A stretch of DNA of 64,000 nucleotides from Patescibacteria group bacterium. Its GTDB lineage: Bacteria; Patescibacteriota; Patescibacteriia; UBA1558; GWA2-36-10. Location: assembly GCA_041650755.1 (NCBI GenBank), contig JBAZKN010000001.1, positions 4,387 through 68,386 on the forward strand. The letters are read 5' to 3'. A program made the translations under genes and the position numbers. Shown here in pieces: positions 10,483 to 19,580 of the stretch (within the stretch, counting starts at the first letter, position 1; the number at the start of each line of letters is the position of its first letter). The notes beneath the pieces are model-generated. The model was given only the letters and a program-made list of their open reading frames with translations. It did not search any database and was not told where the DNA came from.

Positions 10483-11229
10483 ATGAGAACAATTTATATT
10501 TTATGGCTACGCCAACTTAAGCGTTATGTGCGCTCTCGATCAAGGATGATAGGCTCATTAGCCCAACCTTTACTTTTTTTAGTTTCGCTAGGCTATGGTT
10601 TTGGAGCGGTTTTTCAAAAAGCTGGCGAAGGTAGCTATATCAATTTTTTGGCACCTGGCATCATTGGCATGAGCATTATTTTTACTTCTATTTTTTCTGG
10701 CATGGAAATTATCTGGGATAGACAATTTGGTTTTTTGAAAGAAACTTTGGTGGCGCCAGTGCCTAGGTTTCATATTATGATCGGGCGCACTTTGGGCGGG
10801 GCAACAGTGGCCGCTTTGCAGGGCGTCATAGTCTTTTTGGTTTCTCTGTTGGCCGGCTTTCATCCGGCTAATTGGTATCTGCTTTTACCGGCTATACTGA
10901 TGATATTTTTAATTGCTTTATTGTTTACAGCCCTGGGAATATTGATTGCCTCTCGACTTGATGATATTCAAGGTTTTCAGCTGATCATCAATTTTTTAGT
11001 TATGCCCTTATTTTTCTTATCGGGTGCGCTTTTTCCGCTCAAAGACGTCCCTCAAGTTCTAGCAACTATTGCCCGTTTTAATCCTTTGGCTTATGGTATT
11101 GATGCTTTGCGGGAATTACTTATCAACGTCCAACATTTCGGCCTAAGTTTGGATATATTAGTATTGTCAATAGTGACTTTATTGTTTTTATCACTCGGCA
11201 GCTATTTTTTCTCTAAAATTGAGATTTAA
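10483..11229 (+). CDS. ABC-2 family transporter permease
   Basis: 6 predicted TM helices, 2-nt gap after ATPase gene. Confidence 0.85.
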   Translation: MRTIYILWLRQLKRYVRSRSRMIGSLAQPLLFLVSLGYGFGAVFQKAGEGSYINFLAPGIIGMSIIFTSIFSGMEIIWDRQFGFLKETLVAPVPRFHIMIGRTLGGATVAALQGVIVFLVSLLAGFHPANWYLLLPAILMIFLIALLFTALGILIASRLDDIQGFQLIINFLVMPLFFLSGALFPLKDVPQVLATIARFNPLAYGIDALRELLINVQHFGLSLDILVLSIVTLLFLSLGSYFFSKIEI

Positions 11230-11249
11230 ATTTTTACGCCAAATAAACA

Positions 11250-11277
11250 TTGACAGTTTGTTTATTTTTGTTAAGAT
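11250..11277 (+). promoter_or_regulatory. Sigma70-like promoter (TTGACA-16-TAAGAT)
   Basis: Hexamers read directly at 11250-11255 and 11272-11277. Confidence 0.5.
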
Positions 11278-11323
11278 GTCAATGGTTTTTTGACGTGGCT
11301 CTTTCGCGTGAAGGGAGGCAGAT

Positions 11324-11467
11324 ATGGAGACCAGTCCATCGCCGTCAAGGCCGAAACTGACCGGCTGGCGCCTGTATTGGCATTGCTTCTGGGGATTACT
11401 AGTCTTCCTGTTACTGTTCGGCGTCGCGTTCGTGATCTTGTTCCCGAGTCTGTTCTTCCACGAATGA
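11324..11467 (+). CDS. Small hydrophobic peptide (47 aa), GC-rich
   Basis: GGAGG Shine-Dalgarno 7 nt upstream of ATG; METSPSPSRPKLTGWRLYWHCFWGLLVFLLLFGVAFVILFPSLFFHE; followed directly by intrinsic terminator; local GC far above flanks. Confidence 0.4.
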   Translation: METSPSPSRPKLTGWRLYWHCFWGLLVFLLLFGVAFVILFPSLFFHE

Positions 11468-11468
11468 T

Positions 11469-11498
11469 CCACCGCTGGTTCGAGGCGGTGGTTTTTTA
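11469..11498 (+). terminator. Rho-independent terminator
   Basis: CCACCGC-loop-GCGGTGG followed by TTTTTTATTT. Confidence 0.7.
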
Positions 11499-11584
11499 TT
11501 TGACGAAAACCGGGTAAAAACCTATACTAACAGTATAAGATACAGCAAGTTTTGGTTAGATAATTTTGTCATAATTTCAATATT

Positions 11585-11782
11585 ATGCTACAGAATTCGA
11601 AAACTTGCCCACACTGCAGGCAGACTGTGCCGTATCAGGCAAAATATTGCTCTAATTGCGGCGCCAAGTTTATTGCCCCTACGCCAGACATACTATTGAA
11701 GAGCACACCGCCAGCACCCAAGATCAGTACGGATGAAGCTAAAAAACTTGAAGATGAATCTGACCGCTTTCAAGTGGGCTAA
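11585..11782 (+). CDS. Zinc-ribbon domain protein
   Basis: CPHC...CSNCG double Cys pairs in N-terminal 25 aa. Confidence 0.55.
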   Translation: MLQNSKTCPHCRQTVPYQAKYCSNCGAKFIAPTPDILLKSTPPAPKISTDEAKKLEDESDRFQVG

Positions 11783-11913
11783 GAACCAAAAAAACTTTTC
11801 AGCTAGCTAAACCAGATTTTACCGGCCGTGTTATTGACTGCTCAATTTTTCCCTCAAAATATAATTAAAGTTGATTTTTTATTTTTACAGCTAATTATTA
11901 ATTTTATAAAAAT

Positions 11914-12654
11914 ATGCAATTAGATAAGAAAGTAGCTATTGTCACCGGCGCTTCATCTGGCATCGGCTTGGCAATTGCAGAAAAGTTCTTAAGCGAAGGT
12001 GCCAAAGTAGTCTTGGCTGACATTTCTGATGCCGGCCAGGCAGCCGCTAAAAAATATGGCGATCAAGCCATATTTGTTAAGTGCGACGTGTCAAAATCTT
12101 CAGAAGTCGATGCTTTGCTTAAAGCGGCTCTGGATAAATTTGGCACTTTAGACATCATGATAAATAATGCTGGTATTGCCACCTCGGGCAGTGCCAGTGA
12201 TACGACTGATGAGGTTTGGCATAAGACTATAGAAATAAATTTGTCCGGAGTTTTTTATGGTACTAGGGCAGCGGCCAAAGTAATGCTAAAAAACAAGACA
12301 GCCGGCTCTATTATCAACATGGCTTCTATAGCTGGTTTGGTGGGATTTCAGGGTTCTTTAGCTTATTGCGCCTCCAAAGGGGGCATTATCCAATTGACCA
12401 GAGCGGCCGCGCTTGATTTAGCAGCCGCCCATATCAGGGTCAATGCGATTGCTCCGGGCGTGATTACCACCAATATGACCAAAGATTATTTGGCTGATCC
12501 TGGCTTTCAGAAAATGGTGCAGGCCATGACACCTTTAGGCCATGTTGGCGAAGTGAAAAATATTGCCGATGCTGCTTTGTATTTATCATCAGAAATGTCC
12601 TCATATGTTACGGGCCAGGTTTTGGCTGTTGATGGTGGCTGGGTAGCCAAATAA
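11914..12654 (+). CDS. SDR-family oxidoreductase (FabG-like)
   Basis: TGASSGIG cofactor motif, NNAG, catalytic YxxxK (YCASK), PG motif. Confidence 0.9.
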   Translation: MQLDKKVAIVTGASSGIGLAIAEKFLSEGAKVVLADISDAGQAAAKKYGDQAIFVKCDVSKSSEVDALLKAALDKFGTLDIMINNAGIATSGSASDTTDEVWHKTIEINLSGVFYGTRAAAKVMLKNKTAGSIINMASIAGLVGFQGSLAYCASKGGIIQLTRAAALDLAAAHIRVNAIAPGVITTNMTKDYLADPGFQKMVQAMTPLGHVGEVKNIADAALYLSSEMSSYVTGQVLAVDGGWVAK

Positions 12655-12727
12655 ATTGTAACAGCAATACATAATCAGTGTATATTATATTAGTTGAGTA
12701 ATCTTAATTAATATAAAATAAAAAATT

Positions 12728-13228
12728 ATGAAAAAATTTGCAATTTTTTTAAGCGTTTTTGCCCTTTTGGCTTTTGTGGGTGGCGCAGTCTTGGCTGAGA
12801 ATCGTGGCAATAATCCGCCAAAGAAAGAGGAAAATAAATTTAATTGGCAGCAGTTTAGGGTTTCCACTTCCACCATTCCTCTATATGCCACCACTACGCC
12901 AGCAGAAAATTTGGCTTGCCTGCAGGCTACAGTAGCTACTCGTGAGGCCAGTATAGATACGGCTTATGATACCATGTCAGCCGCTATTAAATCAGCCTTA
13001 GCCACACGTAAGACCGAGCTTAATACTGCTTGGGGTATAGTTGTCAATAAAGACAGGCGAACAGCCATTAAAGCTGCCTGGACAAAATTTAATAAGGCAA
13101 ACCGCGATGCTCGCAGCGTCTATAAAACAGCAGTCAGGGCTGCTTGGAAGAAATTTAATACTGATTCCAAGAGTTGCAATGTACCCTGGCGTCTGTACGA
13201 AGCCCAAGGCACAGATGTAAGTTTATAA
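12728..13228 (+). CDS. Hypothetical secreted protein
   Basis: N-terminal signal peptide MKKFAIFLSVFALLAFVGGAVLA; Ala/Thr-rich helical repeats. Confidence 0.6.
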   Translation: MKKFAIFLSVFALLAFVGGAVLAENRGNNPPKKEENKFNWQQFRVSTSTIPLYATTTPAENLACLQATVATREASIDTAYDTMSAAIKSALATRKTELNTAWGIVVNKDRRTAIKAAWTKFNKANRDARSVYKTAVRAAWKKFNTDSKSCNVPWRLYEAQGTDVSL

Positions 13229-13306
13229 ATATAATTCAAAATGCCTCCCTTGTCGGAGGTGTTTTGAATATGTTAAAATTAAAATCTAAGTATTAAATAA
13301 AGTATT

Positions 13307-13906
13307 ATGTCTAGGCACGAAATACCACAAGGTCCTAAACCGACAGATGTTTGGTTGGACCAATATTCTATACTATTAAAACAATTGGAAGCAGACCCCA
13401 ACAATGCTACTTTATTGGCCCAAAAAGCAGACATGGAAAAAGCCATGAAGGCCTCCCAGGCAATTGATATTGATAGTACGTTGGATTCTTTGAATACAAG
13501 CCGAGCTTCTACTACTGGAGAAATGGCCACTCCAGAATTGACCGCAGATCGACCATATAGTGATCAGAGAAATCAAGAAATTTGGGACAAACAATTAAAG
13601 AAATTTTCCGATGATTCATCTGGAAGCATCAGTACTTGGTTTATGTCTTTAGGTGATAGTATCAGAGAATATAAGGAAGATATAGAAAAATTGATAGTAG
13701 TTTTTGGAAAAACTAAACAAGATTATTATAGGGGGCAAGTAGCTGATTTGGATCGCGCATTAAAGGAATTGCTGGATCAAAGAAAGCCAGATAGTAGTTT
13801 AGCGGTACTGAAGAGGGTAAAGAATGAATCTCTGGAATTATTTAGAGAATATATGGCATTGCATTATTCCTGCGGTAATGATGCTACTAAAAAAAGTCGG
13901 ATATAA
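13307..13906 (+). CDS. Hypothetical protein
   Basis: 199 aa ORF, normal AT-rich codon use, own terminator downstream. Confidence 0.55.
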   Translation: MSRHEIPQGPKPTDVWLDQYSILLKQLEADPNNATLLAQKADMEKAMKASQAIDIDSTLDSLNTSRASTTGEMATPELTADRPYSDQRNQEIWDKQLKKFSDDSSGSISTWFMSLGDSIREYKEDIEKLIVVFGKTKQDYYRGQVADLDRALKELLDQRKPDSSLAVLKRVKNESLELFREYMALHYSCGNDATKKSRI

Positions 13907-13923
13907 AAATTTTATTAGAATTT

Positions 13924-13956
13924 AAAACACCCATTCAAAAAATGGGTGTTTTTGGT
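13924..13956 (+). terminator. Rho-independent terminator
   Basis: ACACCCA-loop-TGGGTGT followed by TTTTT. Confidence 0.7.
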
Positions 13957-13962
13957 TAGCTA

Positions 13963-13991
13963 TTGACATTAAATAACTTTTGTGTTACAGT
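13963..13991 (+). promoter_or_regulatory. Sigma70-like promoter (TTGACA-17-TACAGT) for structured RNA
   Basis: Hexamers at 13963-13968 and 13986-13991. Confidence 0.45.
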
Positions 13992-13997
13992 ACTCAA

Positions 13998-14385
13998 TTA
14001 GTAGTACATTCGGAGGGCTCCCTTAAGGGACCATGAAGCCAAAGGCAGCTCTCTGCCCAAGCTACTTGGGTCTTTTTGACCCTCCTTGACTCTTGTAGCC
14101 CAGGGCCATGGTTTGATGGTCCGAAAGCTGCAAGACCTGGCGTATCGCCAGGTTAATTTGGCTTGGGGGTGGGTCCCAAGTCAATGGCGTGGCCTTCCCG
14201 GCCGTAAGTGGGAAGTGCGCCTGGTACAGCGTCAGCGCTGCTCTCGGAGCTCCCAAGAGACCTCTGGGGCAGTTGCACAGCGGTTATAGGATGCCGCAAA
14301 GGACGCCCTGGCCAAAAGGGTGGCGTCATACCCGAGGCGGTGGGTTTGTCATCATCAAGCTGATGCTGACACCCACCGTTTTTTC
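13998..14385 (+). ncRNA. rnpB: GC-rich structured RNA, candidate RNase P RNA
   Basis: ~390 nt with GC far above genome background, no credible ORF, bounded by promoter and strong terminator (CGGTGGGT...ACCCACCG + T-run). Collinear weak matches to bacterial RNase P blocks: GCCAGGUUAAU..UGGGGGUGGG (cf. CCAGGUAACGCCUGGGGGGG), GUAAGUGGGAAGUGCGCC (cf. GUAAGGGUGAAAGGGUGCGG), UGGUACAGCGUCAG (cf. UGGUAACAGUCCG), CUCGGAGC (cf. CCCGGAGCAAGG), ACAGCGGUUAUAGG (cf. ACAGAACCCGGCUUAU). Confidence 0.5.
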
Positions 14386-14421
14386 ATTATGGCAAAATAT
14401 GGTAAAATATATACACCATAA

Positions 14422-15438
<1,017 letters not shown>

Positions 15439-15441
15439 GCT

Positions 15442-16416
15442 ATGGCTGAAATAATAGAAAAATTAAAAGCAGCTAATCTGCTTGGCCGTGGTGGGGCCTC
15501 GTTTCCTACTTGGCAAAAGTGGGAAATTGTCAAAAACTGTAAAGCTGATAAAAAATATATTGTTGCCAACGGCTCCGAAGGCGAGCCAGCCACCTTCAAA
15601 GATGGTTATATTTTGGAGCATTATCCCGCGGATTTGATCAATGGATTAAAAATAGCCTTAGACATCATAGATCATGCCGAGGCTTTTATTTTTTTGAATA
15701 AAAAATATTATGAGCAATACAAGAGTCGGCTAGAGAGCTTGATCGGCGATTTGCCTATCAAAGTTTTTAAGGAAAGCGGCGGCTATTTATCCGGCGAAGA
15801 GACCATGGTTTGTCAGGAAATTGAAAAAGGATTATTGCGGCCGCGACAAAAGCCGCCCTTTACTGCTCAAGTTGGTATTTTTGGCAAGCCCACTTTGATC
15901 AATAATATTGAAACCTTTTATTATGTGGCCAAAATAGCCCAAGACGATTATAAACAAACTAGGTTTTATTCTATCTCTGGTCATGTCAAGCACCCCGGGG
16001 TTTATGAATTACCGGTAGCTTATGATATCAACAAAGTTTTATTGGAAAGTGATAATTGGCCGGTGGGAGATTTTTTTGTGCAAGCGGGCGGCGGAGCTAG
16101 CGGCGAGATATTGTTGCCGCAGGAGCTGCATGTTCCTACACCAGGCGGCGGAGTGATAGTAGTTTATGACCGCAAAAAAACTGATCCATATAAACTATTA
16201 GTTCAGTGGGCAGACTTTTTCATTGCCGAAAATTGTGACAAATGTACGCCCTGCCGAGAAGGCATTTATCGCCTACGAGAAATGTTTAGAAAAAGAAAGA
16301 TAGATAAGGGAGTACTGGATGACATGATTTTCGTTTTAGAAAATACCAGTTTTTGTCCTTTGGGTAAGATGGCTGCTTTGCCCTGCAAATCTTTGATCAA
16401 GAAATTATCTTTATGA
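15442..16416 (+). CDS. NuoF-like NADH-binding flavoprotein (hydrogenase HydB-like subunit, short form)
   Basis: GRGGASFPTWQKW FMN/NADH motif; C-terminal CDKCTPCREG Fe-S motif; 324 aa (shorter than canonical NuoF). Confidence 0.8.
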   Translation: MAEIIEKLKAANLLGRGGASFPTWQKWEIVKNCKADKKYIVANGSEGEPATFKDGYILEHYPADLINGLKIALDIIDHAEAFIFLNKKYYEQYKSRLESLIGDLPIKVFKESGGYLSGEETMVCQEIEKGLLRPRQKPPFTAQVGIFGKPTLINNIETFYYVAKIAQDDYKQTRFYSISGHVKHPGVYELPVAYDINKVLLESDNWPVGDFFVQAGGGASGEILLPQELHVPTPGGGVIVVYDRKKTDPYKLLVQWADFFIAENCDKCTPCREGIYRLREMFRKRKIDKGVLDDMIFVLENTSFCPLGKMAALPCKSLIKKLSL

Positions 16417-18146
16417 ATAAAACTACAGACACTATCAAAATTACTATTGATGGTCTGGCCTTGACTGCTCAAAAAGGCGAGACTATTTTGTCTGTTGCTC
16501 AAAAAAATAAAATTTACATTCCTGCTCTTTGTCATCACCCGGATGTCAAAATTCAAGCTAGTTGCCGCTTGTGCAGTGTAGAGATAAAAGGTAGGCCAGG
16601 GCTGGTGACAGCTTGCTCTACTGAAGTCGTTGACGGCATGGAGATTGTGACTGATTCGCCTTCCATCAGATTATCTAGGCTAGTAAATCTACAGCTGATT
16701 TTCACGGAACATTGTGAAGAATGCAATGATTGCATCTTAAAACGCAATTGCTTAATCAAAGATTTAGCCCAAAAATATCAAGTGCCAATTACCCGTTTTG
16801 TTGACAGAAAACAGGGTTTTCCGGTGCACGAGTTTGGTAAAAGCTTGATTTTTCAAAGCTCAAAATGTATAGACTGCGGGCTGTGCGTAGACGTTTGCCA
16901 TCAAGAAGGAGTAGACTTTTTGGAATATAAAAAAGTAGGTGATTTTTGGCAAGTCTGCCCTTCGGCAGATAAAAACAAAGACTGTATTTATTGCGGACAA
17001 TGCTTGGTCCATTGTCCGGTGGGTGCTTTTGAGGCAGTGGGAGAGTTTGAAGATATAGCCAAACCTTTGCAGGAAAAAAATAAGATTGTGGTTTTTCAAT
17101 TCGCTCCGTCAATTCGGGCGGCCATCGGTGAAGAGTTTGATTTACCGCACGGTACTATAGTCACCGGCCAATTGGTGGCCGGCATTCATCGTTTGGGCAT
17201 CAAATATGTTTTTGATGTCAGTGTTGGTGCGGATGTGACTACTATGGAAGAAGCTAGTGAGCTGGTTGAGCGTATTAAAAATGGAGGCCGACTGCCTATG
17301 TTTACGGCCTGTTGTCCGGCTTGGGTAAAATACGTAGAATTTTTTACTCCCGAATTAGTGCCAAATATGACTACCGTGCGCTCACCGCAGATTATCATGG
17401 GCGGACTCATCAAGACATATTGGGCCAAAAAGCAAAAAATCAATCCCAAGGATATAGTAGTGGTGTCAGTCATGCCTTGTGTGGCCAAAAAATATGAAAA
17501 AGAAAAGCCAGAGCTTAAAATCAATGGTTTAAAACCAGTTGATTATGTTATGACCACCAGAGAGTTGGCTTGGCTGTTCAAGGCCAATAATATTGATTTA
17601 AAGAATTTACCATCTGAAGAGGCTGATCCGGCTTTGGGCATACCGACTGGTGCGGGGGTGATTTATGGTGCTTCTGGCGGAGTGATGGAATCAGCCTTGC
17701 GCACGGCTTATTACAAATTGACTGGTCAGCATTTGCGGCAGCTTGATTTTAAAGAAGTCAGGGGCTTGCAAGGTTTCAAGCGGGCAGCTATAAAAATTGG
17801 CGATAGAACTTTACGCGTAGCCGTAGTCAATCAATTGACCAATGGCCAGAAAATAATCGAAGAGCTCAAAAAAAATCCCCAAAGCTATGATTATGTCGAG
17901 GTGATGGCCTGTCCAGGTGGCTGTATTGGTGGTGGTGGGCAACCGGTGCCAGTCAACACCGAGATCAGGCGCAAGCGGGCAGAGTCTTTGTATAGAATTG
18001 ATGCTAAAAAAGAAATTCGAGCCGCCGAAGATAGTGATATAGTAAAGACCATCTATGGCGAGTTTATGAATGACAAGCAAAACGCCGAGAAAGTGGCTCA
18101 TACCAAATATCGTCGCAGAAATAAAGAAGTTTACCCAGTTAAATAG
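16413..18146 (+). CDS. hydA: [FeFe]-hydrogenase catalytic subunit
   Basis: N-terminal 2Fe-2S ferredoxin-like domain, multiple CxxCxxC clusters, H-cluster motifs L1 FTACCPAW, L2 MPCVAKKYE, L3 EVMACPGGCIGGGGQP; 4-nt overlap with upstream gene. Confidence 0.9.
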   Translation: MNKTTDTIKITIDGLALTAQKGETILSVAQKNKIYIPALCHHPDVKIQASCRLCSVEIKGRPGLVTACSTEVVDGMEIVTDSPSIRLSRLVNLQLIFTEHCEECNDCILKRNCLIKDLAQKYQVPITRFVDRKQGFPVHEFGKSLIFQSSKCIDCGLCVDVCHQEGVDFLEYKKVGDFWQVCPSADKNKDCIYCGQCLVHCPVGAFEAVGEFEDIAKPLQEKNKIVVFQFAPSIRAAIGEEFDLPHGTIVTGQLVAGIHRLGIKYVFDVSVGADVTTMEEASELVERIKNGGRLPMFTACCPAWVKYVEFFTPELVPNMTTVRSPQIIMGGLIKTYWAKKQKINPKDIVVVSVMPCVAKKYEKEKPELKINGLKPVDYVMTTRELAWLFKANNIDLKNLPSEEADPALGIPTGAGVIYGASGGVMESALRTAYYKLTGQHLRQLDFKEVRGLQGFKRAAIKIGDRTLRVAVVNQLTNGQKIIEELKKNPQSYDYVEVMACPGGCIGGGGQPVPVNTEIRRKRAESLYRIDAKKEIRAAEDSDIVKTIYGEFMNDKQNAEKVAHTKYRRRNKEVYPVK

Positions 18147-18224
18147 ATTCAAATTAATTTTATTAATTTGAATTTAGAATTTAAGCCCTGCTTAAATTCT
18201 ATTTAACGGGGTAAATCCTAAAAG

Positions 18225-18749
18225 ATGAAATATATGGCTGAAGCAGAAGCCGAAGTGCAAGACAGAGCGAAAACAAATAGTTTGGCTATTTGGTTGGCCA
18301 TCATGGGTCTTGCCTTGATAGTACCTTTATTTCCTTTACAACAGGTGACCGGGCCGATTATCAATGCTTTGCTTTTTATTGCCGTAGTTATTTTAGGTTT
18401 GCGGCAGGCATTGGTTATTTGTTTTGTGCCAAGCTTGATGGCTCTGTCAGCCGGCCTATTGTTGCCAATTTTAGCCCCTATAGTGCCATTTATTATGGTC
18501 AGTAATGTGATATTGGTGGTGACTTTTAATTATTTGTGGAGGATAAATTTTGCTTGGGGCGTTGTAATAGCCAGCCTATTAAAATTTATTTTCATTTGGA
18601 GCACTACTTCAGCCACGGCTAATTTATTTATAAAAAATCAAATCGCTATCAAAACAGTGGCCAACATGATGAGTTGGCCGCAGCTAGTCAGTGCTTTGGC
18701 CGGCGGTGTATTAGCCTATGGCTTTTTGAAATTTATAAAAAGAATTTGA
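18225..18749 (+). CDS. Integral membrane protein (possibly ECF-type S-component-like)
   Basis: 174 aa, 5-6 predicted TM helices. Confidence 0.55.
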   Translation: MKYMAEAEAEVQDRAKTNSLAIWLAIMGLALIVPLFPLQQVTGPIINALLFIAVVILGLRQALVICFVPSLMALSAGLLLPILAPIVPFIMVSNVILVVTFNYLWRINFAWGVVIASLLKFIFIWSTTSATANLFIKNQIAIKTVANMMSWPQLVSALAGGVLAYGFLKFIKRI

Positions 18750-18857
18750 GTATTTTTACCCCGTCAAGAAATCACTAGATATTATATTGGGGCAAAATCC
18801 AGTGGTCGGATATAAATTTTGCACATCACTCGTAAAATTGTCGAGTGATTTTTTGAC

Positions 18858-18898
18858 GGGATAAAAAAGCCGCCGAAAGCAAGTCGATACTGCTTGGC
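18858..18898 (-). terminator. Rho-independent terminator (minus strand)
   Basis: rc reads GGCCGCCAAGCAG...CTTGCTTTCGGCGGC followed by TTTTTT, directly downstream of minus-strand 68-aa gene. Confidence 0.65.
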
Positions 18899-18901
18899 GG
18901 C

Positions 18902-19108
18902 CTAGAGCGGAGTGGCGCGGCGGATGATGATCATCTGACCGGCTGTTTCGATGTTGTAGCCATCGATGGCTGGTAAGTCCATTGGCTTTGATAGCCGTAG
19001 ACTGATCTGGCCATCTTGATCGAGTTTACCGATCAGGTGGTGGATGACCTGTGGTGAGTATCCGTAAGACCTAAGAAACGGGACCACTGGGTGGTCGGGA
19101 CCCATCAT
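18902..19108 (-). CDS. GC-rich small protein (68 aa) with one copy of a ~30-aa repeat
   Basis: Strong GGGGGTGA SD; shares GQ(A/M)M(T/I)VVI..RR repeat with upstream gene; GC far above flanks. Confidence 0.55.
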   Translation of the reverse strand: MMGPDHPVVPFLRSYGYSPQVIHHLIGKLDQDGQISLRLSKPMDLPAIDGYNIETAGQMIIIRRATPL

Positions 19109-19120
19109 AGGATCACCCCC

Positions 19121-19450
19121 TTAACGTCGTCCGACAACGACAGTCATGGCTTGACCAAGGTGGTCGCGGATTACGTAATCACCCAGCATGATCTCGGGTA
19201 GCGTAATAGCGACTTCACTCTCCTCATAGTTTGGCACTAGCGTGCCGTTTCGAGTAGGTCGTTGCTCAATGACCACAGTCATAATTGAGCCATCGGCCGG
19301 GCGCATCAGGCAATCAGATAGACGAATCTCCGGCAGCTCAATAGTAGCCGCACCATTTTCGTAAATCTGATCAATGATGGCCCTGATCCATGATTGTTCC
19401 CAGCCGCACTGTTGCAAGGTCACCAACAGGACGGTGTCATATAGGTGCAT
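19121..19450 (-). CDS. GC-rich protein (109 aa) with two tandem ~30-aa repeats (I.LPEI.L.D...R...G..MTVV...R)
   Basis: Repeat TIELPEIRLSDCLMRPADGSIMTVVIEQR / AITLPEIMLGDYVIRDHLGQAMTVVVGRR; 12-nt gap to downstream gene. Confidence 0.6.
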   Translation of the reverse strand: MHLYDTVLLVTLQQCGWEQSWIRAIIDQIYENGAATIELPEIRLSDCLMRPADGSIMTVVIEQRPTRNGTLVPNYEESEVAITLPEIMLGDYVIRDHLGQAMTVVVGRR

Positions 19451-19580
19451 ACTCCACTCCTTTGGCTGAAGTATAGAAGGACAAAGAGGACGTTAATATT
19501 AAAACATCAAATTTGTTTTGGGTCAAATGACTTGAAAAAAAAGCCAATTTTAGGTATTATTTACGTATAAAATAATTATT

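Noticed and set aside
11290-11517. 75-aa ORF over the GC-rich mini-gene
   Set aside because: It has no RBS, reads straight through the terminator hairpin, and is in a different frame from the SD-led 47-aa hydrophobic ORF.
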